Assembly: GCA_904063045.1 (NCBI GenBank)
Contig: CAJFCJ010000005.1
Span: forward strand, 3,342,165-3,406,164
Length of the DNA stretch: 64,000 nucleotides
Origin: Dimorphilus gyrociliatus
Taxonomy: Eukaryota > Animalia > Annelida
Direction: 5' to 3'
The position numbers and the translations under genes are program-made. This document shows positions 1-16,762 of the stretch, in pieces. The notes under the pieces were generated by a model. That model was not told the DNA's origin, did no database searches, and was given only the letters and a program-made list of their open reading frames with translations. Numbering within the stretch: the first letter of the stretch is position 1; every line of letters starts with the position of its first letter.

Positions 1-177
1 TTTTTTCTATATTTGAATATAAAATGAAAAAGTTGATAATAAGAGAATATTCTTTTCATTTATAAAATTTCGGTCACTAACCGGTTATCCTATTAGCAGA
101 CGACGCTTTGTGAGTTTTGCTCACTTTCGCTAGCATTATGAATTATATAAGTTTAAAAACTGTTTATTAGGATAAAT

Positions 178-1251
178 ATGGCAGTTATTAAAAAATTGAA
201 AAGTGGATGGTTAGTTGATCATAAAGATTTCATAAACAATTCCTACACCAACGAGACATTTGTTGATAAAAGAAGCAGAGAGTATAAAATCGTATTTAAC
301 GAGGATCTTTTTCGAATTGATGGTGAATTTCTTATGGATAGTGAATTTACTGCTAGAAATAATCAAAAATTAAGTACAATAAGAAAAAGGAAGAGAAAAG
401 CTATTGCTGATGTAAATAATTTTAAAGAGTTAGTAATAATAGATTCATTCTTAAAGGAATTAGAAGAATCGAAAGATTGTCAAACTTATTTTGAAAATTT
501 ACCAAAATCAATATTAAAAGATAATAATAAATTGGCGAGAAATTTATCGACTGATTTAACCAAGCGTCTTTCTGAGCTATCGCTACCTAATAAGCTTATT
601 CAAGATAGGCCCAACGATAATAACGAATTAATTCTTGAAGAACAAACATTTTTTATACCAAGAGGAAGTAAATATGTTCTTGGAGATGTTTTAGATGGAT
701 TTGATATTAAAGAAAAATATAATCTAATTGTTATGGATCCACCTTGGTCAAATAAGTCTGCTAAACGTTTGAAATGTTACAATCAGCTAACGTCTGATGC
801 TATTCTAAACATAGATATAGAATCTATGTCAGAAGATAATTGCTTTCTAATTGTTTGGACAACAGAGAGATGGCATAGTTGGGTTATTGATGAGCTATTG
901 CCAAAAAATGGTTTCAAGCATTCAGCTTCCTGGTTATGGTTGAAAGTTACCAATGCAGGAAAACCTGTTCGACCACTAAATGATATTCAAAATAAAGCTT
1001 ATGAATGGCTAGTTATTGGTAGAAGAGGCTTTGAAGAGATAAAAATTGACGACTGTAATGTAATATGCAGCGTCCCTTGTGCGTTACATTCGTCTAAGCC
1101 TCCCATTTATCAATTGTTTACAGATTATATAGAAACAGAACTCAATACATTAGAAGTATTTGCAAGAAATTTAAATATGAATTGTACAAGCTGGGGAAAC
1201 CAAGTTCTCAATTTTCAACATGAGCTGCTTTATAAAAAGAATTTTTTATAG
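178..1251 (+). CDS. METTL4: MT-A70 family N6-adenine methyltransferase, METTL4-like (single exon, 357 aa)
   Basis: Catalytic VMDPPW motif followed by NKSAKR; C-terminal WxWLKVTxxG, K-x-YE-x-L, HSSKPP and LEVFARNL-x4-TSWGNQVL are typical of METTL4. Confidence 0.9.
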   Translation: MAVIKKLKSGWLVDHKDFINNSYTNETFVDKRSREYKIVFNEDLFRIDGEFLMDSEFTARNNQKLSTIRKRKRKAIADVNNFKELVIIDSFLKELEESKDCQTYFENLPKSILKDNNKLARNLSTDLTKRLSELSLPNKLIQDRPNDNNELILEEQTFFIPRGSKYVLGDVLDGFDIKEKYNLIVMDPPWSNKSAKRLKCYNQLTSDAILNIDIESMSEDNCFLIVWTTERWHSWVIDELLPKNGFKHSASWLWLKVTNAGKPVRPLNDIQNKAYEWLVIGRRGFEEIKIDDCNVICSVPCALHSSKPPIYQLFTDYIETELNTLEVFARNLNMNCTSWGNQVLNFQHELLYKKNFL

Positions 1252-1300
1252 CAAAACTTTTCTTAAACACAATTAAACGACAGAGAAATGGCGTTGTTTT

Positions 1301-2813
<1,513 letters not shown>

Positions 2814-3305
2814 TCAAGGGTATATCATTTCATTTAAACTTCTCAACCATAACTTACTCCTGTAAAAGCTATAATGAAAGTAGGAACTAGTAAAAATAAA
2901 AAGAGGAACTAATATTTTCAACCATTCAATATCCTAAACCAATTTAGAACTGATATTATTAAGGCCATAATCTATGATATCCATATTGAATTATATATTG
3001 CATATAGAAAAATTAATTCAATAGAACAAAATATCTTTTTAAAACGATTGTATTAAATGCGTAGTTTTAGAAAAAAAGCTTTCTAGAAAGGTGCATAGAG
3101 AATATTTGAGACTGATTCATATTTTAATCAAGTGAATACTGATAGAAAAGACAAAAAAAATGTAAATTTTTGATTTACAATCCAATTAGAGTTTTTTGAT
3201 CGATTAGTCGTAGATTGAAGAGGAAATACCTTTATCTCTCTTTTTCCTTTTATTTTTGAAAATATGAAACGATTTTTATAGTTATCAAGAGTATTAATTT
3301 AAAAC

Positions 3306-5807
<2,502 letters not shown>

Positions 5808-6514
5808 ATTTTAAGAATATGATATAGTTTAAATACTTTTGATTTTTTTTTGTTTGCTGCTGTAGAGACAGTGCAGGCTTGAAGAGAAATGCGTTTGGAA
5901 TGCAGATTTGCAGTGGGGATCAGGTAACCATGCTCATGGCAAAACTTTTTACAGTCTAATTGTCATTAAATTTCAAATAAATTTATCTAATAAACTGTTC
6001 TTTTAAAGATATATATTTAAAAAATAAAGAATTTATGAATATTTGATAACATATCAATATTTTCTTTCTAATAAATTACATTAAAAAATCACTTCAACTT
6101 TAAAAATACACATTTCTCTTTTAATGAAATTTGAAATATTTATTAAAGATAACTAAAACTTAAATTATTAAATATTCATTACATATTTAATTTTAATATT
6201 ACTCATATTAATAGAATTCGAATGATTATTTCCCAATCAAGTGAATAGATTAACAAATCAATGTAAAATAAAAATTAGGAAGCTTTAAATATAGTTTTAT
6301 CAATAGTTCTTTTCTTCATCTTATCATGTAGATGCATTTAGTTATTCCATTCAGATTACTTTCTCTTATTCTATTTATTATATAGACTAATTTCATTACG
6401 AAGGAAATGCATTATTCTAAATTTAAGACATTTTGTTTTCAGATTAATTAGATTTACTTTGAGCTTCTCCTAAAGAGAATCTTTCTTTGAAAGTATTAAT
6501 AGCCCTATTCGTTA

Positions 6515-7837
6515 TTAAGGACTATTGTCAATAGGATGTGTATTAATAACAGGTTTGTTCTCTATGCACTTAACTCTAGATGATAATAGTAGAGTTGATA
6601 TAGTTTTATCATAATACGTAGAATTTATGTTTATATTAGATATCCAAACAGTTTTACAATTACCACCTAAAACGTCTTTTAACAATCTCGTATCCTTACC
6701 ACTCCTATAAGGAACATGGCTACTATTGTCTGCAAGAGCTGCCACTACCATAGCCAATGGAGTTAATGATTTACTAATGTATTTAGCTTCCGTAGAATGT
6801 TGATTACAACATTTATATGTATTTTCACAATCCCAGGCCTATCAATAAAGAATATTTGAAAATTAATTATGGAAATTAATATTTTCATAATTAATTTAGC
6901 AATAATTAACCTTCATATCAATAAAATACAACCTTCCAGTCCTAGTTGAATTTTTAATAGAACTATCATCACTTTTAGTAGTTTTAATACTATCAATTGT
7001 TACAGTAAAGAAGGATGTAAATTCTCTTGTAAATTCTACAAAGGAAAGTTAGTTAGGAGCAATTTCTATTTAAATGAACCAATTTAAAGTAACAAATTAC
7101 TATTTTTGCCTTTTATGAAGTATTCATACATTTCATTTGAATTTTTAGTTGGTACCGTTGATAAATTTTGAATGTATGTACCTAATTCTTTAGATTCTTT
7201 AATTTTTACTATTTGATTTGGGTCATCGTTTAATAAGTCTTCTATCTCGTCAAAAGCAGTATTATGCCTATAGTATGATACCTTTACTGAATACTTTTCA
7301 CTATTATTTCTTTCTTTGATTAAATCAAATATATATGTAATTGATCTTGGTATAATACCAAAATCTCCTATATTATCTCCATCACCATTCATAGTATAAC
7401 TTCTACCAGATCCGCTTACGCCATAACTGATAATTGCTCCGTTATATCCATTTATTACATTCTCTATTACAGATTGTGCACATGTATTAAAAATTTCTTC
7501 TTGCGAAGTTAAATGATCAAAAACATTATCAAAGTTGAATATTTTCACTTCTTTTTTATCGTCTTTCGGGTTTTTTACTAGTATTGAATTAGTAGAAGTG
7601 TTTAGCTTTGTAAATAAAAACAAGAACGATAAAAGGGATAAAAAAGAAAAATTACGCCAAAAGTACCTTAGAAGTAATTGTATCAACATTTTCATTATTT
7701 TTACTATGTATATGCGCTATCCTAACAGATACTTTAATCTTATCTTTGTAAATACAACTCTAAAGGGAAGTAAAATGACTATAAGAATTTTTATTTAGAC
7801 ATTGAAATCTTCAAAATAAATTACTAGTTACCGCCAT
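6515..7837 (-). CDS. Degenerate motor-domain-only KIF3A paralog (pseudokinesin), 5 exons, 350 aa
   Basis: Exons 7837-7832, 7759-7667, 7605-7101, 7035-6911 and 6838-6515 join into 1053 nt without internal stops. Kinesin features FNFDNVF, GYNG, VSYY, HVPYR and LGGNCKT are present; P-loop reads GVSGSGRS; switch I and II are lost; stop comes just after the neck. Confidence 0.8.
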
Positions 7838-8130
7838 AATTAATTTTTTATTGGTTAAAGAATCACATATTTTTAATTGTAAATTTTCTAAAGTTGAATT
7901 CCCAAAGCTTCTCAATACTACATAATATTCACAAGTTTGTATTTCCAGAGTAACGAACAGGTAACCTAACTTTTGCAATCTCTACTTGAGTCTAAAAATT
8001 TGATTGGCAGTTCAATATTTATCTTATATGATATTGAGTTTCCGTCTTCCGGTGATTCCATTCACCGAAACAACTTAGATATCCTCAATTAGAAGTTTGA
8101 AAAAAAGAAGTTGTTCTGTATCGAAGTGGG

Positions 8131-9357
8131 ATGGAAGTTCGAGGAGGTTGTATATATAAACCCAATTGTGTAGAATATCTTTACAATCCAAAGAATCTAA
8201 TGATTGATTATTCAATTTTTACGCAGAAGCAACGAAGAGATCATATGCTATATCAAGTGGCAATAATTCAGATTGTGTGGTTGTCAAGAAAAAGAGGAAA
8301 AATAAGAAGAGCTCATCGAACAATGATTTGGATAAAAACGCTGTCCAACAACTCCACGAGTTAGACCCTACCATAAAGGTTAAATCACATATATATGACA
8401 ATTTCACAATACACATGCAATCAGCAATTCATTTTACGAAATATATAAAGAAATTTATTTATGTATTACGGTTTATCGTTAAAAATAATGAGCTTATTTT
8501 TGTAGTATGCGCTTTCTCAGGCTGAAGGGCCAAGTCACGCTCCTACTTTCGTCATCCAGCTCGAATTCAGAGGACATTTATACAAGGGTCTTGGTAAGAG
8601 TAAAAAGGATGCAAAACACCAAGTATTTAATCATTTGTATTCTTTTTTATATCATTTGATCGTTTATAATTTATGACATTAGGCAGCTGAAATGGCACTT
8701 CGTAGCATTAAAATGTCAAACAACCTTAAACAACTATCTGTCCAGAAAAACTCTCCAACTGCTGAAACTGGTCCAACTGAGACCAAACAGCAACCAGCCA
8801 AAAAGAAAAGCCATACTTATGAGGTGTTAAACATTCAATAAAACATCAATAGTGTAAATAACTCTCTAATTGTACTTAATCAGGGAAAGAACCCTATTCA
8901 GATATTAAATGAAATTCGCAGTGATGTTCAGTATACCTGGACAAATGAGAAACAAGGTGCACAGAATACATTTATCGTTAATGCACAAGTTGATGATGTA
9001 ACATTTACGGTAAATGTTAAAATAATTATGATAAAACTTTATTCTATTCTTATTATTAAAATTGATTTGATTAAATTTATAGGGTGAAGCTCATAATAAA
9101 AAATTAGCAAAGTCAAGAGCCGCTCAGTCTATACTAACAACCATGTACGGCTTGGAATTCGAACTTGCTGCCTGTACGTATTTAAAATTCAATGTTTCTG
9201 GTTTAACGAATGTATTTTACGCACATAAAAGGTTACAATATAACCTTTTACAATAAAGAGATCTTGATTAATAGTTCAAGATAGCGCATAAGTTGATTCT
9301 TTATTGTAAAAGTAGTATTTACATTGTATATACATTATATATAAATATATATAATAT

Positions 9358-9392
<35 letters not shown>

Positions 9393-11890
9393 CAAATATA
9401 TATAATATATATATATATATATAAATATATATACAGTATATACATGCTGTATATTTGCAGTAGGGAGGAAAAATTGCAGACACACTAAAGTTTTATGTAA
9501 AACTTTTGTTCTGTTATTAGCTATACAAGACAAGCTTATAGTTCTTTTATAGTTCAGATGAAACTATCTCCTTATAAGAAACAATTATAGTCTTGACGAC
9601 TGTTTTTATAAGGAAATAGTTGATAATATCATCTTTCAGCAGAAACAAAAATAATACATATTTCTTTTCTACTGTTCGTCTATAATATATAGTATATACC
9701 TTGGTTATACTATTATTTGTACTTTATACTGAACTTCTATCTTAACTTATTAACCCTAATGACGTTTTCCTTCTTTTTCCTTATACACTCATAGCATTTG
9801 TCAACGAATTCGACTTAAAGTAATTGATAATCGCTTACGGCTAACTTCGTAACCGGATGTGAATTACTTTAGGTCAACATCGTCGAACGAATGTGTCTCC
9901 TTATATCTTTAATACCAACCCCTTAGTACCTTAATGAATTTGTTTTTTAAAAAAAAAGCTACGGTAAGTAAAATAAAAAAGAAAAGAAAAGCGTAAGCAA
10001 AAAAATCAAAATGATGTTTGAAAATAGGTGTTCAATTTTTGTTTGTTTAAGTAGATGATTGTATATTTTATTAAAGCCGTATTTATTAATATTTATATAA
10101 TATAAAATGAATATTATTTGGCTTTTTTTCTATATTTTATTTCATATTTAGATTCTATAGACAGAATGATGCTATTTCACTTATTTTAAGCTTTTTTTCC
10201 CTTTTTCCTATTAAAATAATCAGTAAGCAAACAAAAGTTGTATACTATTTTTTAAAATATTGTTTTAAACAGTTTATAGAACTTTTATAGAAATATAATT
10301 TGCCTTTGGTTTATTTAAGACTCGGCTATTTTTTTCTTTTAAAAGAAAGAAAAAATAATAAAATGCATTTATCAAGAGAAATTACGCCCTAAACCTTCAA
10401 AAATAGTTTTCTCCTTCAGTTAAGAGATTAGAAATCTTTAACCCTAATTTTATAACTGTGTTTACCTTTAGATTAAAAGCATAGTGTAAAGGTATTTGTG
10501 TGTTAGTATGTTTTATGTGTAATAAGTTACTTTTGATTAGCTGGAACGGAACACGCCATCTGCAAATCAAAGTCTATAATATCGGCAGCGAAACATGCCA
10601 ATGGGGCTGTTAGTAACTTAGCGGATAAAATTTCCTATATGATCAATTCTAAATTTGCGGATTTAACGGATAAAGAGGGAAAGAGAAAAGTTTTAGCTGG
10701 AGTGATAATGAGTAGGAAGTTGGAGAATGAAGAACAGATATTTGATGTTGTCTCTGTGACAACTGGAAATAAATGCTTAGGCGGCCTTCATCTTTCGAAG
10801 ACTGGAAAAGCGTTACACGATTGCCATGCCGAAATTCTTGCTATAAGAACGTTGAGGGGATTTTTCTGGAAGCGTTTAACGCTACTGAAAAATGGTAGTT
10901 CGGATAAATACGACGTATTAGAGCCAGATGGCGATTCAGGAATGTTTAGATTGAAAGAAAATGTTGAATTTCACCTTTATATATCGACATCTCCGTGCGG
11001 AGATGCAAGAATATTTGCTCCATATGAATCTGAAGGGGAGGAAGATCGCCATCCAAATAGACAAAGCCGCAAATTGCTTCGAAGTAAAATTGAAAATGGG
11101 GAAGGTAGGCTTATTATATTTTTAGAGTGACTCGGAAGTTGTTGAAAAGTCAATTATTGCCATAAATTTTTAATATCACAAAAAAGCTGCTTTCTTTAAT
11201 TCTCACGAGACTTTTCAATAACTTTTATGTCATGCATTTGTTATTTTATTACCATCTTTATTATTTTTAGGAACAATCCCGGTAAAAGTCGGCACAATAC
11301 AAACATGGGATGGTGTTATGGTTGGAAGCAGGCTTTTGACTATGAGCTGTTCGGATAAACTAATGAAGGCTATTGTCTTGGGCATACAAGGCGCTTTATT
11401 GACTTACTTTATTAGGCCGGTATATCTTCAATCTATAACAATTGGGTCAATGTTTCATGCAGAACATATGGCAAGAGCTATGTACGGTCGTTTGCCACCT
11501 TTAGGAAATTTACCAAAACCGTTTAGAATAGTCAAACCAATTGTATCAGGAGTTACTTCACCCGAAGTTCGAAAAACAACCGAGTCGCCACAAAAAGCAA
11601 TGGTTTGGTGTGACGATGAATTACCAATGGAAACTATAACATGTTTATCTGGCAAATTTCCAGACGGTACCCAATCAAAACTATGCAAAAGAGCCATGTT
11701 TTCCTATTGCCAATCAATTTGGGGATTAGGAAACACAGCTAATCTAATTCTTCCAGAATTATATGTAGATGCAAAGAAACATGCAAAAGAATTTCAATTA
11801 GCAAAGAAAATATTAATGGATGAATTAAAGAATAATAACGTTGGTGTCTGGGCGGAAAAACCCGTTGAAACTCAACAGTTTCAATTATGA
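8131..11890 (+). CDS. ADAR2: Adenosine deaminase acting on RNA, ADAR2-like (2 dsRBDs plus deaminase domain)
   Basis: dsRBD1 KNAVQQLHEL...GPSHAPTF...GKSKKDAKH; dsRBD2 GKNPIQILNE...GEAHNKKLAKSRAAQ; deaminase DCHAEIL, SPCGDAR and TMSCSDK. Start codon at 8131 is tentative; long intron 9174-10540. Confidence 0.9.
9335..9432. repeat. Imperfect (AT)n microsatellite in the ADAR intron
   Basis: Long alternating TA run; explains the spurious YI-repeat ORF 9276-9533. Confidence 0.9.
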
Positions 11891-12803
11891 TTATCAACGA
11901 TATCAGTGATTTCTTTAGTTTTGTAGAGAATAATTCTGTTATTAACTTGTCCTTCAAAGTTATTCTTTTGAAAATAATAATTCTCTTGTGTATAAAATAT
12001 AAAGATATTCAGATACAATTGTATAGAATATTCTTATATCTTTTTACCACAGTAAACAAAATTTCTTTTATTAAGACGTTTTTTCATGATTAAACTGGTT
12101 TAAGAGTGATTTTAAATATATATACATTTATTTATATTTTGAACTTAAATTGTTATTTATTATTAAAGGAAAGAAGACCCCTGAGTTCTTTTTCTATTAC
12201 TTTGTTTAACAAATAAATAGAACTGGCTATTGTATACTTATTAGCTTCATTTTTGGCTTCGCTTTCCCATTCCCTACTACCCTCTTTACTATCTATAGGA
12301 TACAGGAGATGTTGTTTCACAGGGGAAAAAAATTCGATATTTCTTATATTAGCGCCATCTAACGGTCCTAGAAGGAGCTACTAACATCTCTAGGATTGCC
12401 CTACACATACAATCTTCAGGGCTTTGCCGTTTAACAAACGAGTTTTTGAGATATTTTATTAATTATACTAGATCCGAGGGAATAGCGAGTAATCCGATTG
12501 ATCATCATTAACAATCAACCCAAATCTTCGAGGTAATTTAAGACGTCACTATTATATAATCCTACTTTAAATTCCTAGAATCCTTTCTCTATAAACAAAC
12601 TGCAAAAACTGTAATACCAGCAAAAAATCGATTAAAAAGAAGAGATGAATTTATAGAAATGTTTGATACCATTATAAATAAGCTGCTATATAGGCCTTTT
12701 TTTAATTGAAATATATCAATATATAAATTTATTAAGAAATATAATATAAGATATTATTATTTAACCCTCTTCACTGAAATTCGTTTAGATTGCTCATTTC
12801 GTC

Positions 12804-13462
12804 ATGCATCTGCTGTATGTTCTTGTACTGTGTTTGTTCTACTTCTTGGAGCGAAGCGACGCCAAGTTCTATCAATATGCTAACAGTTTAAAACAAAACC
12901 TATCGAGAAGCTGCATGTACGGATTTGGTGTCAGTAATATAACAAGTTACTACAATTTTGATGGTTCCGATAGGTTATGGTTAATAAATTGCCATAAAAT
13001 ACCAATAGATGATAATTGTACCAAATTACCATTTTGTAAATGGAACGGTAAGGCTAAGTCTCTTATTTTAAATTGACTTGTTTGTCAATCGATAAAAGTA
13101 AACTTTATTTTTTATATTCTTTAGCTTTTCTACAAAATTCAATTGGAGAAACGATAAATTTCAATTGCAGTCAATTGCTAAATAAAAATTCTTATTTAGC
13201 TGGTTTGTACAGCGAATATCATTACGATAAAGAACTTGGTATAACTGATAGACTGTGGAGATTCGAATGTTGTGAAAGCCACGGAATGAATTTGGGTTCA
13301 ACGTTGATATTAAAAAGCTACAAGAGCACTTTACAAAAGACTCAAATAACAAGGATTGCTCCAAATACTACTTTTTATGGTATACGAAGTGAATATGATG
13401 TAAGATCAAACGATAGAGTTTGGTCTTATTTATTAAAACCTTATGCACCATACAAATGCTAA
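12804..13462 (+). CDS. Secreted dermatopontin / amebocyte aggregation factor-like protein, 2 exons (12804-13047, 13125-13462), 193 aa
   Basis: Signal peptide MHLLYVLVLCLFYFLERSDA; three S-x-Y...DR-x-W repeats (SDRLWLINC, TDRLWRFECC, NDRVWSY). The two overlapping track ORFs are joined by a GT-AG intron at 13048-13124. Confidence 0.75.
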
Positions 13463-13606
13463 AAATCGTAAAATTTGTTTATTAAAATGTTTTAATTGAT
13501 AATAATGACCGTAGCTCAACAATATACTAAAATATAGTATATATATACAGTATATATACAGTATATCGAAACAAAAAAAAAGACATTTGTGTTGATATGA
13601 ACTCAA

Positions 13607-16600
13607 CTATACAAATTTATAACATTTCTCTTTATCATGCGGAATACGTGTTTTGAATAGAACCGAATCGACACGGTATTGAGTCCTTAATAAAGGCATG
13701 TAGCCGTAAATTTGGGTTAAAAAGTTCATACATAGATGTCTCTCCTGAAAGTGCGTTTCATCCTCCGATAGTGCGCTGGGGCAGCCTGGGCAACGGAAAG
13801 TCCATCGAGAAGTGACCTTTATCGGTGGTTTTCGAGTTATATGGCTGACTAGAAAATTCATAGCCAGATCTTCACAGTTCATATACTCGTCCACTTTATC
13901 TCTAATAGCCTGTGGCATGATTCTACTGTATAAGTAGGCGTAATACTAAAGGGAAGAGGAGAAAAGAAAAAAAACAAATGATTAGATAAGAGATTAGAGT
14001 ATATTTCATAAAAATAATTAAAATATATTTGTTTTCTTACCTTATGAAAAAACGCAGCACCGGTTAGCACCATAGAAAGCTCGCAAGAATAATTTGAATT
14101 GTACATCCATGAATTGTGCTTTGCATCCCACGAATGAAATCGCCCGGGAAATCCAACAATTCTATCACGGGATTGACGCCATACTCTAAAAGGGTTCATG
14201 TTATTTGTAGAGGCTTATTATAGTAATAAGATAGGAAAGGGTTGAAAAAAAATACCTAAAGGCAAAGTTAATTTCGTCGGGTCTTAAGTGGGCGTCGTCG
14301 TCAATTGACAATATGGCTTCGGTTTCTATTACATCGTACGGCAAGAAACGATTGTTTAAACTATTTTTAGCAGTTTTTACAACATGTACGGGAACCCCAA
14401 TATCGGGCCAGCGTAACTGAATATGCGGTGGTTTGAGTGAATTCCAGACAACTACAACTTTATTCAAATGGGCTACGTTTTTTAGACGCCTAATGGCATC
14501 CATTAAAACACTGTCGCGTTCGAACGTTAAGAGAACGGCTGCAAAAATTAATAGAATTATTAGAATAGCTAGAGACGATAATTAAGTTATTTTATAGGAA
14601 CCTGTAAATTGTTCCCTCGCGAAATCACCACCTAGAGCCTGAGCAAATTCTTTACCAGCTCCGCCGAGACCACCGTTAATTGGTCGAAAGCCAAGAGAAG
14701 AGCCTGTTTAATAGAATAGATGAAAATTTTTCAAAACCAAACAAGAAAATATAAAAAAAAGAAGGAAAAGTAGTGTTTGAAGTCTCTTAACATCTGCATC
14801 AAATATATTATCAAACAAATCCGAATTTGTTTAACACATCAGCTTACTCTTGCAAACTTTTCATCAACTTAGCGAAATAAAAAGAAAAGAGATAAACCAT
14901 AAAATCAGATACTAACCTAAAAAAGTCGCTTCTGCTGGTAACGTTAATCTCCTAGGAGTAAATGGATAAAGATGGAATGGATCCAAATCAACCTCTTGTG
15001 TTGATAAATAGGTGATTTGTGTAAAGTTCCTTGTAAATTTATCAGATGCAAAAGGTAACTCGATAGGATCAACAACTTCTTCATCTTCAATACTTTCTTC
15101 AGTTAATTTTTTGAACGTCTCGTTAAAAAAAGACTTCGATTTTTCGTCGATCACAGGATTGGAAGGTATATTTAATCTCCTCCTTAAAAGGAGAAATAAA
15201 CTATCAAGAATTGATTGTACACTGGATAAGTAGATTTGCCAAACGTGTCGTCCAAAACGTCGTTTTTCCAATAATTCCTCATCGGTCATCGATCTAATAA
15301 TATAATGCAGCTCGCTTGCTCTCTCTTTTGGCAGTACAACTACGCATCTTCTCCAATCGATCACTTCCTCGAGCGGAAATCGAAAATTACCACCTAGTAT
15401 AATAGGTACGGCACCTGCCCTTACAGATTCCAATAGTCTAGTTTGAAAAATAGAAGTCGAGACTAATGAATCGTTTAAAGATGTTAATATAAGTGAAAAT
15501 GTGGAATTTTCTAATATGTTGAAGCGCTCATTATCAGTATTGCAGAGATTCCATTCTAATCCATCTTTACTGACCAATGATTTTGAGCAAGAAAACTTAA
15601 ATAGGAATTTTTGTTCTGGATATTGAATTTCCAGATTTTTCAATTCTTTAATAACTTTATACTCAAAGTCAATGTTGAAGCCTTTGGCATCCATATTCCC
15701 TTCGAAGGTCATCAAATACTTCCGCCTGGCCGGTGAGATATATGGTAATATCTCCCATGAGTTGGATAAAATTTTATTAGATGTAGGCGGAAGGATAACG
15801 TCAAAGTTTTCTCGAAAGTCTTCATAATAGCTTGCCTGAGCTAAAATAGCTCTACCGGTGTTTATATTATTAAAAATATTAGGTGAGTTATGATGCCTGG
15901 CAAGGTACAACAGAACATGGTTGGCCCCGTTCTTGTTCCAATACTTAAGTTTTTTTAACCTGTTGTTCAACGTTGAACCATCCATGTCTGGTATAAGAAC
16001 AAAGTAAATACAGGCCGTATCTCCGTTGTTTGTAATATAACTGTTATCTTTAATCACTTGCTTGAAGGATTTTTCGATAAACGGATGTAAATCCCCTATA
16101 TCCTTTGTCGGATAAAAATAAACTGGAAATTTTGAGAAAATAGAACATTTGGAATAATCGAAACAATTGTACATTTTACATTTCCTAATAAATTTCATTT
16201 TTAAATCTTCCATGTCATTGTTTACAGTATTGGAAAAACTATTCAAAATCGATTCTAGTGGGGGTTTAATCTCTGGTAAATTTCTTCTTACAATTTCCTC
16301 CCTTTCCGCCCTTGTATTGTCAATTCTTTGCCGTAATACATCCAATTTTTGCATTTTCTCTCTATAATCATCTTTTAGCTTGTCTATATGGCTATTAAAG
16401 CCTGATATATCCGAATGAAGTCTGTGACGCTTCTGTTCTAATTCCTTAAGTTCATTGCTTACGGACGCTTTTATCTTTTTCAGTTCCTTTATTCTTTCTT
16501 TTAGTTCGTTTGCTTCTGCCAAATTTTCTTCGTTCTCATTATTTAGTTTCAGTTTAACATCACCATCCAGCAATGACGAACTCTTAGATCGACTAACATC

Positions 16601-16762
16601 GTAATCTCCTAACTTCCCCACATAATAATGTGTTATAACCGGAAGCGATAGTAGGAAGATTACAAGGAAGATACCTATTCTTTTCAATTTAGCACTTCCA
16701 ATATACTGGACGAGCCATTGCAAGAACGTTAGGTCCTTTGAAGGCGGCATATTTTCATCCAT
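13607..16762 (-). CDS. EXTL3: Exostosin-like 3 heparan sulfate GlcNAc transferase
   Basis: Type II TM helix, coiled coil, exostosin GT47 domain (CFDYSKC, WNxxGxNH), [10 protein letters not shown] linker, GT64 domain ([34 protein letters not shown]). Confidence 0.95.

Noticed and set aside
178-1251. Intronless METTL4 (and intronless 4xTM2) as possible retrocopies
   Set aside because: No poly(A) remnant or target-site duplications; intron loss is expected in a compact genome.
5924-5945. X-box-like half sites GTAACCATG...CATGGCAA upstream of KIF3A
   Set aside because: The half-site spacing does not fit the RFX consensus; too weak to call.
9276-9533. 85-aa ORF on the minus strand inside the ADAR intron
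   Set aside because: It is a translation of an (AT)n microsatellite (YIYI...), with no coding signature.
13073-13125. Apparent frameshift or translational coupling between ORFs 12804-13076 and 13073-13462
   Set aside because: Explained by an ordinary GT-AG intron (13048-13124) that joins the frames.
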